Origin: Yuukianura sp. NJ FZ-2021
Lineage: Eukaryota
Reading direction: 5' to 3'
Assembly (NCBI GenBank): GCA_046563655.1
Contig: JAJCTO010000009.1
Coordinates: 248,001-312,000, forward strand
Length of the DNA stretch: 64,000 nucleotides
The position numbers and the translations under genes are program-made. Shown piece by piece: positions 15,001-30,000 of this stretch. Under the pieces are notes generated by a model. The model had not been told where the DNA came from and searched no databases. It worked only from the letters and a program-made list of their open reading frames with translations. Positions within the stretch are counted from its first letter, which is position 1. Each line of letters begins with the position of its first letter.

Positions 15001-18000
15001 ATTTTTCTCCGAAAAATCCATTTTTTTCATTTAAAACTCACCAAAAAGTCATTCTGGGCTATCTGAGGAGTCAAAATTGCAAACCGAAATTATGCTTGTG
15101 AAAGCCCATCTGAAGTGTTCCAAGCTAAATTTTTCTCCGAAAAATCCATTCTTTTTCATTTATAACTCACCAAAAAGTCATTCTGGGCTATCTGAGGAGT
15201 CAAAATTGCAAACCGAAATTATGCTTGTGAAAGCCCATCTGAAGTGTTCCAAGCTCAATTTTTCTCCGAAAAATCCATTTTTTTCATTTAAAACTCACCA
15301 AAAAGTCATTCTGGGCTATCTGAGGAGTCAAAATTGCAAACCGAAATTATGCTTGTGAAAGCCCATCTGAAGTGTTCCAAGCTCAATTTTTCTCCGAAAA
15401 ATCCATTTTTTTCATTTAAAACTCACCAAAAAGTCATTCTGGGCTATCTGAGGAGTCAAAATTGCAAACCGAAATTATGCTTGTGAAAGCCCATCTGAAG
15501 TGTTCCAAGCTAAATTTTTCTCCGAAAAATCCATTTTTTTCATTTATAACTCACCAAAAAGTCATTCTGGGCTATCTGAGGAGTCAAAATTGCAAACCGA
15601 AATTATGCTTGTGAAAGCCCATCTGAAGTGTTCCAAGCTAAATTTTTCTCCGAAAAATCCATTCTTTTTCATTTATAACTCACCAAAAAGTCATTCTGGG
15701 CTATCTGAGGAGTCAAAATTGCAAACCGAAATTATGCTTGTGAAAGCCCATCTGAAGTGTTCCAAGCTAAATTTTTCTCCGAAAAATCCATTTTTTTCAT
15801 TTAAAACTCACCAAAAAGTCATTCTGGGCTATCTGAGGAGTCAAAATTGCAAACCGAAATTATGCTTGTGAAAGCCCATCTGAAGTGTTCCAAGCTCAAT
15901 TTTTCTCCGAAAAATCCATTTTTTTCATTTAAAACTCACCAAAAAGTCATTCTGGGCTATCTGAGGAGTCAAAATTGCAAACCGAAATTATGCTTGTGAA
16001 AGCCCATCTGAAGTGTTCCAAGCTCAATTTTTCTCCGAAAAATCCATTTTTTTTCATTTAAAACTCACCAAAAAGTCATTCTGGGCTATCTGAGGAGTCA
16101 AAATTGCAAACCGAAATTATGCTTGTGAAAGCCCATCTGAAGTGTTCCAAGCTCAATTTTTCTCCGAAAAATCCATTTTTTTCATTTAAAACTCACCAAA
16201 AAGTCATTCTGGGCTATCTGAGGAGTCAAAATTGCAAACCGAAATTATGCTTGTGAAAGCCCATCTGAAGTGTTCCAAGCTAAATTTTTCTCCGAAAAAT
16301 CCATTTTTTTCATTTAAAACTCACCAAAAAGTCATTCTGGGCTATCTGAGGAGTCAAAATTGCAAACCGAAATTATGCTTGTGAAAGCCCATCTGAAGTG
16401 TTCCAAGCTCAATTTTTCTCCGAAAAATCCATTTTTTTCATTTAAAACTCACCAAAAAGTCATTCTGGGCTATCTGAGGAGTCAAAATTGCAAACCGAAA
16501 TTATGCTTGTGAAAGCCCATCTGAAGTGTTCCAAGCTAAATTTTTCTCCGAAAAATCCATTTTTTTCATTTAAAACTCACCAAAAAGTCATTCTGGGCTA
16601 TCTGAGGAGTCAAAATTGCAAACCGAAATTATGCTTGTGAAAGCCCATCTGAAGTGTTCCAAGCTCAATTTTTCTCCGAAAAATCCATTTTTTTCATTTA
16701 AAACTCACCAAAAAGTCATTCTGGGCTATCTGAGGAGTCAAAATTGCAAACCGAAATTATGCTTGTGAAAGCCCATCTGAAGTGTTCCAAGCTCAATTTT
16801 TCTCCGAAAAATCCATTTTTTTCATTTAAAACTCACCAAAAAGTCATTCTGGGCTATCTGAGGAGTCAAAATTGCAAACCGAAATTATGCTTGTGAAAGC
16901 CCATCTGAAGTGTTCCAAGCTCAATTTTTCTCCGAAAAATCCATTTTTTTCATTTAAAACTCACCAAAAAGTCATTCTGGGCTATCTGAGGAGTCAAAAT
17001 TGCAAACCGAAATTATGCTTGTGAAAGCCCATCTGAAGTGTTCCAAGCTAAATTTTTCTCCGAAAAATCCATTTTTTTCATTTAAAACTCACCAAAAAGT
17101 CATTCTGGGCTATCTGAGGAGTCAAAATTGCAAACCGAAATTATGCTTGTGAAAGCCCATCTGAAGTGTTCCAAGCTCAATTTTTCTCCGAAAAATCCAT
17201 TTTTTTCATTTAAAACTCACCAAAAAGTCATTCTGGGCTATCTGAGGAGTCAAAATTGCAAACCGAAATTATGCTTGTGAAAGCCAATCTGAAGTGTTCC
17301 AAGCTAAATTTTTCTCCGAAAAATCCATTTTTTTTCATTTAAAACTCACCAAAAAGTCATTCTGGGCTATCTGAGGAGTCAAAATTGCAAACCGAAATTA
17401 TGCTTGTGAAAGCCCATCTGAAGTGTTCCAAGCTCAATTTTTCTCCGAAAAATCCATTTTTTTCATTTAAAACTCACCAAAAAGTCATTCTGGGCTATCT
17501 GAGGAGTCAAAATTGCAAACCGAAATTATGCTTGTGAAAGCCCATCTGAAGTGTTCCAAGCTCAATTTTTCTCCGAAAAATCCATTTTTTTCATTTAAAA
17601 CTCACCAAAAAGTCATTCTGGGCTATCTGAGGAGTCAAAATTGCAAACCGAAATTATGCTTGTGAAAGCCCATCTGAAGTGTTCCAAGCTCAATTTTTCT
17701 CCGAAAAATCCATTTTTTTCATTTAAAACTCACCAAAAAGTCATTCTGGGCTATCTGAGGAGTCAAAATTGCAAACCGAAATTATGCTTGTGAAAGCCCA
17801 TCTGAAGTGTTCCAAGCTAAATTTTTCTCCGAAAAATCCATTTTTTTCATTTAAAACTCACCAAAAAGTCATTCTGGGCTATCTGAGGAGTCAAAATTGC
17901 AAACCGAAATTATGCTTGTGAAAGCCCATCTGAAGTGTTCCAAGCTCAATTTTTCTCCGAAAAATCCATTCTTTTTCATTTAAAACTCACCAAAAAGTCA

Positions 18001-21000
18001 TTCTGGGCTATCTGAGGAGTCAAAATTGCAAACCGAAATTATGCTTGTGAAAGCCCATCTGAAGTGTTCCAAGCTCAATTTTTCTCCGAAAAATCCATTT
18101 TTTTCATTTAAAACTCACCAAAAAGTCATTCTGGGCTATCTGAGGAGTCAAAATTGCAAACCGAAATTATGCTTGTGAAAGCCCATCTGAAGTGTTCCAA
18201 GCTCAATTTTTCTCCGAAAAATCCATTTTTTTCATTTAAAACTCACCAAAAAGTCATTCTGGGCTATCTGAGGAGTCAAAATTGCAAACCGAAATTATGC
18301 TTGTGAAAGCCCATCTGAAGTGTTCCAAGCTCAATTTTTCTCCGAAAAATCCATTTTTTTCATTTAAAACTCACCAAAAAGTCATTCTGGGCTATCTGAG
18401 GAGTCAAAATTGCAAACCGAAATTATGCTTGTGAAAGCCCATCTGAAGTGTTCCAAGCTAAATTTTTCTCCGAAAAATCCATTTTTTTCATTTAAAACTC
18501 ACCAAAAAGTCATTCTGGGCTATCTGAGGAGTCAAAATTGCAAACCGAAATTATGCTTGTGAAAGCCCATCTGAAGTGTTCCAAGCTCAATTTTTCTCCG
18601 AAAAATCCATTTTTTTCATTTAAAACTCACCAAAAAGTCATTCTGGGCTATCTGAGGAGTCAAAATTGCAAACCGAAATTATGCTTGTGAAAGCCCATCT
18701 GAAGTGTTCCAAGCTCAATTTTTCTCCGAAAAATCCATTTTTTTTCATTTAAAACTCACCAAAAAGTCATTCTGGGCTATCTGAGGAGTCAAAATTGCAA
18801 ACCGAAATTATGCTTGTGAAAGCCCATCTGAAGTGTTCCAAGCTCAATTTTTCTCCGAAAAATCCATTTTTTTCATTTAAAACTCACCAAAAAGTCATTC
18901 TGGGCTATCTGAGGAGTCAAAATTGCAAACCGAAATTATGCTTGTGAAAGCCCATCTGAAGTGTTCCAAGCTAAATTTTTCTCCGAAAAATCCATTTTTT
19001 TCATTTAAAACTCACCAAAAAGTCATTCTGGGCTATCTGAGGAGTCAAAATTGCAAACCGAAATTATGCTTGTGAAAGCCCATCTGAAGTGTTCCAAGCT
19101 CAATTTTTCTCCGAAAAATCCATTCTTTTTCATTTAAAACTCACCAAAAAGTCATTCTGGGCTATCTGAGGAGTCAAAATTGCAAACCGAAATTATGCTT
19201 GTGAAAGCCCATCTGAAGTGTTCCAAGCTAAATTTTTCTCCGAAAAATCCATTTTTTTCATTTAAAACTCACCAAAAAGTCATTCTGGGCTATCTGAGGA
19301 GTCAAAATTGCAAACCGAAATTATGCTTGTGAAAGCCCATCTGAAGTGTTCCAAGCTCAATTTTTCTCCGAAAAATCCATTTTTTTCATTTAAAACTCAC
19401 CAAAAAGTCATTCTGGGCTATCTGAGGAGTCAAAATTGCAAACCGAAATTATGCTTGTGAAAGCCCATCTGAAGTGTTCCAAGCTCAATTTTTCTCCGAA
19501 AAATCCATTTTTTTCATTTAAAACTCACCAAAAAGTCATTCTGGGCTATCTGAGGAGTCAAAATTGCAAACCGAAATTATGCTTGTGAAAGCCCATCTGA
19601 AGTGTTCCAAGCTCAATTTTTCTCCGAAAAATCCATTTTTTTCATTTAAAACTCACCAAAAAGTCATTCTGGGCTATCTGAGGAGTCAAAATTGCAAACC
19701 GAAATTATGCTTGTGAAAGCCCATCTGAAGTGTTCCAAGCTAAATTTTTCTCCGAAAAATCCATTTTTTTCATTTAAAACTCACCAAAAAGTCATTCTGG
19801 GCTATCTGAGGAGTCAAAATTGCAAACCGAAATTATGCTTGTGAAAGCCCATCTGAAGTGTTCCAAGCTCAATTTTTCTCCGAAAAATCCATTTCTTTCA
19901 TTTATAACTCACCAAAAAGTCATTCTGGGCTATCTGAGGAGTCAAAATTGCAAACCGAAATTATGCTTGTGAAAGCCCATCTGAAGTGTTCCAAGCTAAA
20001 TTTTTCTCCGAAAAATCCATTTTTTTCATTTAAAACTCACCAAAAAGTCATTCTGGGCTATCTGAGGAGTCAAAATTGCAAACCGAAATTATGCTTGTGA
20101 AAGCCCATCTGAAGTGTTCCAAGCTCAATTTTTCTCCGAAAAATCCATTTTTTTCATTTAAAACTCACCAAAAAGTCATTCTGGGCTATCTGAGGAGTCA
20201 AAATTGCAAACCGAAATTATGCTTGTGAAAGCCCATCTGAAGTGTTCCAAGCTCAATTTTTCTCCGAAAAATCCATTTTTTTCATTTAAAACTCACCAAA
20301 AAGTCATTCTGGGCTATCTGAGGAGTCAAAATTGCAAACCGAAATTATGCTTGTGAAAGCCCATCTGAAGTGTTCCAAGCTCAATTTTTCTCCGAAAAAT
20401 CCATTTTTTTCATTTAAAACTCACCAAAAAGTCATTCTGGGCTATCTGAGGAGTCAAAATTGCAAACCGAAATTATGCTTGTGAAAGCCCATCTGAAGTG
20501 TTCCAAGCTAAATTTTTCTCCGAAAAATCCATTTTTTTCATTTAAAACTCACCAAAAAGTCATTCTGGGCTATCTGAGGAGTCAAAATTGCAAACCGAAA
20601 TTATGCTTGTGAAAGCCCATCTGAAGTGTTCCAAGCTAAATTTTTCTCCGAAAAATCCATTCTTTTTCATTTATAACTCACCAAAAAGTCATTCTGGGCT
20701 ATCTGAGGAGTCAAAATTGCAAACCGAAATTATGCTTGTGAAAGCCCATCTGAAGTGTTCCAAGCTAAATTTTTCTCCGAAAAATCCATTTTTTTTCATT
20801 TAAAACTCACCAAAAAGTCATTCTGGGCTATCTGAGGAGTCAAAATTGCAAACCGAAATTATGCTTGTGAAAGCCCATCTGAAGTGTTCCAAGCTCAATT
20901 TTTCTCCGAAAAATCCATTTTTTTCATTTAAAACTCACCAAAAAGTCATTCTGGGCTATCTGAGGAGTCAAAATTGCAAACCGAAATTATGCTTGTGAAA

Positions 21001-24000
21001 GCCCATCTGAAGTGTTCCAAGCTCAATTTTTCTCCGAAAAATCCATTTTTTTCATTTAAAACTCACCAAAAAGTCATTCTGGGCTATCTGAGGAGTCAAA
21101 ATTGCAAACCGAAATTATGCTTGTGAAAGCCCATCTGAAGTGTTCCAAGCTCAATTTTTCTCCGAAAAATCCATTTTTTTTCATTTAAAACTCACCAAAA
21201 AGTCATTCTGGGCTATCTGAGGAGTCAAAATTGCAAACCGAAATTATGCTTGTGAAAGCCCATCTGAAGTGTTCCAAGCTAAATTTTTCTCCGAAAAATC
21301 CATTTTTTTCATTTAAAACTCACCAAAAAGTCATTCTGGGCTATCTGAGGAGTCAAAATTGCAAACCGAAATTATGCTTGTGAAAGCCCATCTGAAGTGT
21401 TCCAAGCTAAATTTTTCTCCGAAAAATCCATTTTTTTCATTTAAAACTCACCAAAAAGTCATTCTGGGCTATCTGAGGAGTCAAAATTGCAAACCGAAAT
21501 TATGCTTGTGAAAGCCCATCTGAAGTGTTCCAAGCTCAATTTTTCTCCGAAAAATCCATTTTTTTCATTTAAAACTCACCAAAAAGTCATTCTGGGCTAT
21601 CTGAGGAGTCAAAATTGCAAACCGAAATTATGCTTGTGAAAGCCCATCTGAAGTGTTCCAAGCTCAATTTTTCTCCGAAAAATCCATTTTTTTTCATTTA
21701 AAACTCACCAAAAAGTCATTCTGGGCTATCTGAGGAGTCAAAATTGCAAACCGAAATTATGCTTGTGAAAGCCCATCTGAAGTGTTCCAAGCTCAATTTT
21801 TCTCCGAAAAATCCATTTTTTTCATTTAAAACTCACCAAAAAGTCATTCTGGGCTATCTGAGGAGTCAAAATTGCAAACCGAAATTATGCTTGTGAAAGC
21901 CAATCTGAAGTGTTCCAAGCTAAATTTTTCTCCGAAAAATCCATTTTTTTTCATTTAAAACTCACCAAAAAGTCATTCTGGGCTATCTGAGGAGTCAAAA
22001 TTGCAAACCGAAATTATGCTTGTGAAAGCCCATCTGAAGTGTTCCAAGCTAAATTTTTCTCCGAAAAATCCATTTTTTTCATTTATAACTCACCAAAAAG
22101 TCATTCTGGGCTATCTGAGGAGTCAAAATTGCAAACCGAAATTATGCTTGTGAAAGCCAATCTGAAGTGTTCCAAGCTAAATTTTTCTCCGAAAAATCCA
22201 TTTTTTTCATTTAAAACTCACCAAAAAGTCATTCTGGGCTATCTGAGGAGTCAAAATTGCAAACCGAAATTATGCTTGTGAAAGCCCATCTGAAGTGTTC
22301 CAAGCTCAATTTTTCTCCGAAAAATCCATTTTTTTCATTTAAAACTCACCAAAAAGTCATTCTGGGCTATCTGAGGAGTCAAAATTGCAAACCGAAATTA
22401 TGCTTGTGAAAGCCCATCTGAAGTGTTCCAAGCTCAATTTTTCTCCGAAAAATCCATTTTTTTCATTTAAAACTCACCAAAAAGTCATTCTGGGCTATCT
22501 GAGGAGTCAAAATTGCAAACCGAAATTATGCTTGTGAAAGCCCATCTGAAGTGTTCCAAGCTCAATTTTTCTCCGAAAAATCCATTCTTTTTCATTTAAA
22601 ACTCACCAAAAAGTCATTCTGGGCTATCTGAGGAGTCAAAATTGCAAACCGAAATTATGCTTGTGAAAGCCCATCTGAAGTGTTCCAAGCTAAATTTTTC
22701 TCCGAAAAATCCATTTTTTTCATTTAAAACTCACCAAAAAGTCATTCTGGGCTATCTGAGGAGTCAAAATTGCAAACCGAAATTATGCTTGTGAAAGCCC
22801 ATCTGAAGTGTTCCAAGCTAAATTTTTCTCCGAAAAATCCATTTTTTTCATTTATAACTCACCAAAAAGTCATTCTGGGCTATCTGAGGAGTCAAAATTG
22901 CAAACCGAAATTATGCTTGTGAAAGCCAATCTGAAGTGTTCCAAGCTAAATTTTTCTCCGAAAAATCCATTTTTTTTCATTTAAAACTCACCAAAAAGTC
23001 ATTCTGGGCTATCTGAGGAGTCAAAATTGCAAACCGAAATTATGCTTGTGAAAGCCCATCTGAAGTGTTCCAAGCTCAATTTTTCTCCGAAAAATCCATT
23101 TTTTTCATTTAAAACTCACCAAAAAGTCATTCTGGGCTATCTGAGGAGTCAAAATTGCAAACCGAAATTATGCTTGTGAAAGCCCATCTGAAGTGTTCCA
23201 AGCTCAATTTTTCTCCGAAAAATCCATTTTTTTTCATTTAAAACTCACCAAAAAGTCATTCTGGGCTATCTGAGGAGTCAAAATTGCAAACCGAAATTAT
23301 GCTTGTGAAAGCCCATCTGAAGTGTTCCAAGCTCAATTTTTCTCCGAAAAATCCATTTTTTTCATTTAAAACTCACCAAAAAGTCATTCTGGGCTATCTG
23401 AGGAGTCAAAATTGCAAACCGAAATTATGCTTGTGAAAGCCCATCTGAAGTGTTCCAAGCTAAATTTTTCTCCGAAAAATCCATTTTTTTCATTTAAAAC
23501 TCACCAAAAAGTCATTCTGGGCTATCTGAGGAGTCAAAATTGCAAACCGAAATTATGCTTGTGAAAGCCCATCTGAAGTGTTCCAAGCTCAATTTTTCTC
23601 CGAAAAATCCATTCTTTTTCATTTATAACTCACCAAAAAGTCATTCTGGGCTATCTGAGGAGTCAAAATTGCAAACCGAAATTATGCTTGTGAAAGCCCA
23701 TCTGAAGTGTTCCAAGCTCAATTTTTCTCCGAAAAATCCATTTTTTTCATTTAAAACTCACCAAAAAGTCATTCTGGGCTATCTGAGGAGTCAAAATTGC
23801 AAACCGAAATTATGCTTGTGAAAGCCCATCTGAAGTGTTCCAAGCTAAATTTTTCTCCGAAAAATCCATTCTTTTTCATTTATAACTCACCAAAAAGTCA
23901 TTCTGGGCTATCTGAGGAGTCAAAATTGCAAACCGAAATTATGCTTGTGAAAGCCCATCTGAAGTGTTCCAAGCTAAATTTTTCTCCGAAAAATCCATTT

Positions 24001-27000
24001 TTTTCATTTAAAACTCACCAAAAAGTCATTCTGGGCTATCTGAGGAGTCAAAATTGCAAACCGAAATTATGCTTGTGAAAGCCCATCTGAAGTGTTCCAA
24101 GCTAAATTTTTCTCCGAAAAATCCATTTTTTTCATTTAAAACTCACCAAAAAGTCATTCTGGGCTATCTGAGGAGTCAAAATTGCAAACCGAAATTATGC
24201 TTGTGAAAGCCCATCTGAAGTGTTCCAAGCTAAATTTTTCTCCGAAAAATCCATTTTTTTCATTTAAAACTCACCAAAAAGTCATTCTGGGCTATCTGAG
24301 GAGTCAAAATTGCAAACCGAAATTATGCCCATCTGAAGTGTTCCAAACTCAATTTTTCTCCGAAAAATCCATTTTTTTTTCATTTAAAACTCACCAAAAA
24401 GTCATTCTGGGCTATCTGAGGAGTCAAAATTGCAAACCGAAATTATGCTTGTGAAAGCCCATCTGAAGTGTTCCAAGCTCAATTTTTCTCCGAAAAATCC
24501 ATTTTTTTTCATTTAAAACTCACCAAAAAGTCATTCTGGGCTATCTGAGGAGTCAAAATTGCAAACCGAAATTATGCTTGTGAAAGCCCATCTGAAGTGT
24601 TCCAAGCTAAATTTTTCTCCGAAAAATCCATTTTTTTCATTTATAACTCACCAAAAAGTCATTCTGGGCTATCTGAGGAGTCAAAATTGCAAACCGAAAT
24701 TATGCTTGTGAAAGCCCATCTGAAGTGTTCCAAGCTCAATTTTTCTCCGAAAAATCCATTTTTTTCATTTAAAACTCACCAAAAAGTCATTCTGGGCTAT
24801 CTGAGGAGTCAAAATTGCAAACCGAAATTATGCTTGTGAAAGCCCATCTGAAGTGTTCCAAGCTCAATTTTTCTCCGAAAAATCCATTTTTTTCATTTAA
24901 AACTCACCAAAAAGTCATTCTGGGCTATCTGAGGAGTCAAAATTGCAAACCGAAATTATGCTTGTGAAAGCCCATCTGAAGTGTTCCAAGCTAAATTTTT
25001 CTCCGAAAAATCCATTTTTTTCATTTATAACTCACCAAAAAGTCATTCTGGGCTATCTGAGGAGTCAAAATTGCAAACCGAAATTATGCTTGTGAAAGCC
25101 CATCTGAAGTGTTCCAAGCTAAATTTTTCTCCGAAAAATCCATTCTTTTTCATTTATAACTCACCAAAAAGTCATTCTGGGCTATCTGAGGAGTCAAAAT
25201 TGCAAACCGAAATTATGCTTGTGAAAGCCCATCTGAAGTGTTCCAAGCTCAATTTTTCTCCGAAAAATCCATTTTTTTCATTTAAAACTCACCAAAAAGT
25301 CATTCTGGGCTATCTGAGGAGTCAAAATTGCAAACCGAAATTATGCTTGTGAAAGCCCATCTGAAGTGTTCCAAGCTCAATTTTTCTCCGAAAAATCCAT
25401 TTTTTTCATTTAAAACTCACCAAAAAGTCATTCTGGGCTATCTGAGGAGTCAAAATTGCAAACCGAAATTATGCTTCTGAAAGCCCATCTGAAGTGTTCC
25501 AAGCTAAATTTTTCTCCGAAAAATCCATTCTTTTTCATTTATAACTCACCAAAAAGTCATTCTGGGCTATCTGAGGAGTCAAAATTGCAAACCGAAATTA
25601 TGCTTGTGAAAGCCCATCTGAAGTGTTCCAAGCTCAATTTTTCTCCGAAAAATCCATTTTTTTCATTTAAAACTCACCAAAAAGTCATTCTGGGCTATCT
25701 GAGGAGTCAAAATTGCAAACCGAAATTATGCTTGTGAAAGCCCATCTGAAGTGTTCCAAGCTCAATTTTTCTCCGAAAAATCCATTTTTTTCATTTAAAA
25801 CTCACCAAAAAGTCATTCTGGGCTATCTGAGGAGTCAAAATTGCAAACCGAAATTATGCTTGTGAAAGCCCATCTGAAGTGTTCCAAGCTAAATTTTTCT
25901 CCGAAAAATCCATTCTTTTTCATTTATAACTCACCAAAAAGTCATTCTGGGCTATCTGAGGAGTCAAAATTGCAAACCGAAATTATGCTTGTGAAAGCCC
26001 ATCTGAAGTGTTCCAAGCTCAATTTTTCTCCGAAAAATCCATTTTTTTCATTTAAAACTCACCAAAAAGTCATTCTGGGCTATCTGAGGAGTCAAAATTG
26101 CAAACCGAAATTATGCTTGTGAAAGCCCATCTGAAGTGTTCCAAGCTAAATTTTTCTCCGAAAAATCCATTTTTTTCATTTAAAACTCACCAAAAAGTCA
26201 TTCTGGGCTATCTGAGGAGTCAAAATTGCAAACCGAAATTATGCTTGTGAAAGCCCATCTGAAGTGTTCCAAGCTCAATTTTTCTCCGAAAAATCCATTT
26301 CTTTCATTTATAACTCACCAAAAAGTCATTCTGGGCTAGAGGAGTCAAAATTGCAAACCGAAATTATGCTTGTGAAAGCCCATCTGAAGTGTTCCAAGCT
26401 CAATTTTTCTCCGAAAAATCCATTTTTTTCATTTAAAACTCACCAAAAAGTCATTCTGGGCTATCTGAGGAGTCAAAATTGCAAACCGAAATTATGCTTG
26501 TGAAAGCCCATCTGAAGTGTTCCAAGCTAAATTTTTCTCCGAAAAATCCATTTTTTTCATTTAAAACTCACCAAAAAGTCATTCTGGGCTATCTGAGGAG
26601 TCAAAATTGCAAACCGAAATTATGCTTGTGAAAGCCCATCTGAAGTGTTCCAAGCTCAATTTTTCTCCGAAAAATCCATTTTTTTCATTAAAAACTCACC
26701 AAAAAGTCATTCTGGGCTATCTGAGGAGTCAAAATTGCAAACCGAAATTATGCTTGTGAAAGCCCATCTGAAGTGTTCCAAGCTCAATTTTTCTCCGAAA
26801 AATCCATTTTTTTCATTTAAAACTCACCAAAAAGTCATTCTGGGCTATCTGAGGAGTCAAAATTGCAAACCGAAATTATGCTTGTGAAAGCCCATCTGAA
26901 GTGTTCCAAGCTAAATTTTTCTCCGAAAAATCCATTCTTTTTCATTTATAACTCACCAAAAAGTCATTCTGGGCTATCTGAGGAGTCAAAATTGCAAACC

Positions 27001-30000
27001 GAAATTATGCTTGTGAAAGCCCATCTGAAGTGTTCCAAGCTCAATTTTTCTCCGAAAAATCCATTTTTTTCATTTAAAACTCACCAAAAAGTCATTCTGG
27101 GCTATCTGAGGAGTCAAAATTGCAAACCGAAATTATGCTTGTGAAAGCCCATCTGAAGTGTTCCAAGCTCAATTTTTCTCCGAAAAATCCATTTTTTTCA
27201 TTTAAAACTCACCAAAAAGTCATTCTGGGCTATCTGAGGAGTCAAAATTGCAAACCGAAATTATGCTTGTGAAAGCCCATCTGAAGTGTTCCAAGCTAAA
27301 TTTTTCTCCGAAAAATCCATTTTTTTTCATTTATAACTCACCAAAAAGTCATTCTGGGCTATCTGAGGAGTCAAAATTGCAAACCGAAATTATGCTTGTG
27401 AAAGCCCATCTGAAGTGTTCCAAGCTAAATTTTTCTCCGAAAAATCCATTTTTTTCATTTAAAACTCACCAAAAAGTCATTCTGGGCTATCTGAGGAGTC
27501 AAAATTGCAAACCGAAATTATGCTTGTGAAAGCCCATCTGAAGTGTTCCAAGCTAAATTTTTCTCCGAAAAATCCATTTTTTTCATTTATAACTCACCAA
27601 AAAGTCATTCTGGGCTATCTGAGGAGTCAAAATTGCAAACCGAAATTATGCTTGTGAAAGCCCATCTGAAGTGTTCCAAGCTAAATTTTTCTCCGAAAAA
27701 TCCATTCTTTTTCATTTATAACTCACCAAAAAGTCATTCTGGGCTATCTGAGGAGTCAAAATTGCAAACCGAAATTATGCTTGTGAAAGCCCATCTGAAG
27801 TGTTCCAAGCTCAATTTTTCTCCGAAAAATCCATTTTTTTCATTTAAAACTCACCAAAAAGTCATTCTGGGCTATCTGAGGAGTCAAAATTGCAAACCGA
27901 AATTATGCTTGTGAAAGCCCATCTGAAGTGTTCCAAGCTCAATTTTTCTCCGAAAAATCCATTTTTTTTCATTTAAAACTCACCAAAAAGTCATTCTGGG
28001 CTATCTGAGGAGTCAAAATTGCAAACCGAAATTATGCTTGTGAAAGCCCATCTGAAGTGTTCCAAGCTAAATTTTTCTCCGAAAAATCCATTCTTTTTCA
28101 TTTATAACTCACCAAAAAGTCATTCTGGGCTATCTGAGGAGTCAAAATTGCAAACCGAAATTATGCTTGTGAAAGCCCATCTGAAGTGTTCCAGACTCAA
28201 TTTTTCACCAAAAAATCCATTTTTTTCATTTAAAACTCACCAAAAAGTCATTCTGGGCTATCTGAGGAGTCAAAATTGCAAACCGAAATTATGCTTGTGA
28301 AAGCCCATCTGAAGTGTTCCAAACTCAATTTTTCTCCGAAAAATCCATTTTTTTCATTTAAAACTCACCAAAAAGTCATTCTGGGCTATCTGAGGAGTCA
28401 AAATTGCAAACCGAAATTATGCTTGTGAAAGCCCATCTGAAGTGTTCCAAGCTAAATTTTTCTCCGAAAAATCCATTCTTTTTCATTTATAACTCACCAA
28501 AAAGTCATTCTGGGCTATCTGAGGAGTCAAAATTGCAAACCGAAATTATGCTTGTGAAAGCCCATCTGAAGTGTTCCAAACTCAATTTTTCTCCGAAAAA
28601 TCCATTTCTTTCATTTATAACTCACCAAAAAGTCATTCTGGGCTATCTGAGGAGTCAAAATTGCAAACCGAAATTATGCTTGTGAAAGCCCATCTGAAGT
28701 GTTCCAAGCTAAATTTTTCTCCGAAAAATCCATTTTTTTCATTTATAACTCACCAAAAAGTCATTCTGGGCTATCTGAGGAGTCAAAATTGCAAACCGAA
28801 ATTATGCTTGTGAAAGCCAATCTGAAGTGTTCCAAGCTAAATTTTTCTCCGAAAAATCCATTCTTTTTCATTTATAACTCACCAAAAAGTCATTCTGGGC
28901 TATCTGAGGAGTCAAAATTGCAAACCGAAATTATGCTTGTGAAAGCCCATCTGAAGTGTTCCAAGCTCAATTTTTCTCCGAAAAATCCATTTTTTTCATT
29001 TAAAACTCACCAAAAAGTCATTCTGGGCTATCTGAGGAGTCAAAATTGCAAACCGAAATTATGCTTGTGAAAGCCCATCTGAAGTGTTCCAAACTCAATT
29101 TTTCTCCGAAAAATCCATTTTTTTCATTTAAAACTCACCAAAAAGTCATTCTGGGCTATCTGAGGAGTCAAAATTGCAAACCGAAATTATGCTTGTGAAA
29201 GCCCATCTGAAGTGTTCCAAGCTAAATTTTTCTCCGAAAAATCCATTCTTTTTCATTTATAACTCACCAAAAAGTCATTCTGGGCTATCTGAGGAGTCAA
29301 AATTGCAAACCGAAATTATGCTTGTGAAAGCCCATCTGAAGTGTTCCAAGCTCAATTTTTCTCCGAAAAATCCATTTTTTTCATTAAAAACTCACCAAAA
29401 AGTCATTCTGGGCTATCTGAGGAGTCAAAATTGCAAACCGAAATTATGCTTGTGAAAGCCCATCTGAAGTGTTCCAAGCTCAATTTTTCTCCGAAAAATC
29501 CATTTTTTTCATTTAAAACTCACCAAAAAGTCATTCTGGGCTATCTGAGGAGTCAAAATTGCAAACCGAAATTATGCTTGTGAAAGCCCATCTGAAGTGT
29601 TCCAAGCTAAATTTTTCTCCGAAAAATCCATTCTTTTTCATTTATAACTCACCAAAAAGTCATTCTGGGCTATCTGAGGAGTCAAAATTGCAAACCGAAA
29701 TTATGCTTGTGAAAGCCCATCTGAAGTGTTCCAAGCTCAATTTTTCACCAAAAAAATATTTTTTTCATTAAATACTCACCAAAAAGTCATTCTGGGCTAT
29801 CTGAGGAGTCAAAATTGCAAACCGAAATTATGCTTGTGAAAGCCCATCTGAAGTGTTCCAAACTCACTTTTTCTCCGAAAAATCCATTTTTTTTCATTTA
29901 AAACTCACCAAAAAGTCATTCTGGGCTATCTGAGGAGTCAAAATTGCAAACCGAAATTATGCTTGTGAAAGCCCATCTGAAGTGTTCCAAGCTAAATTTT

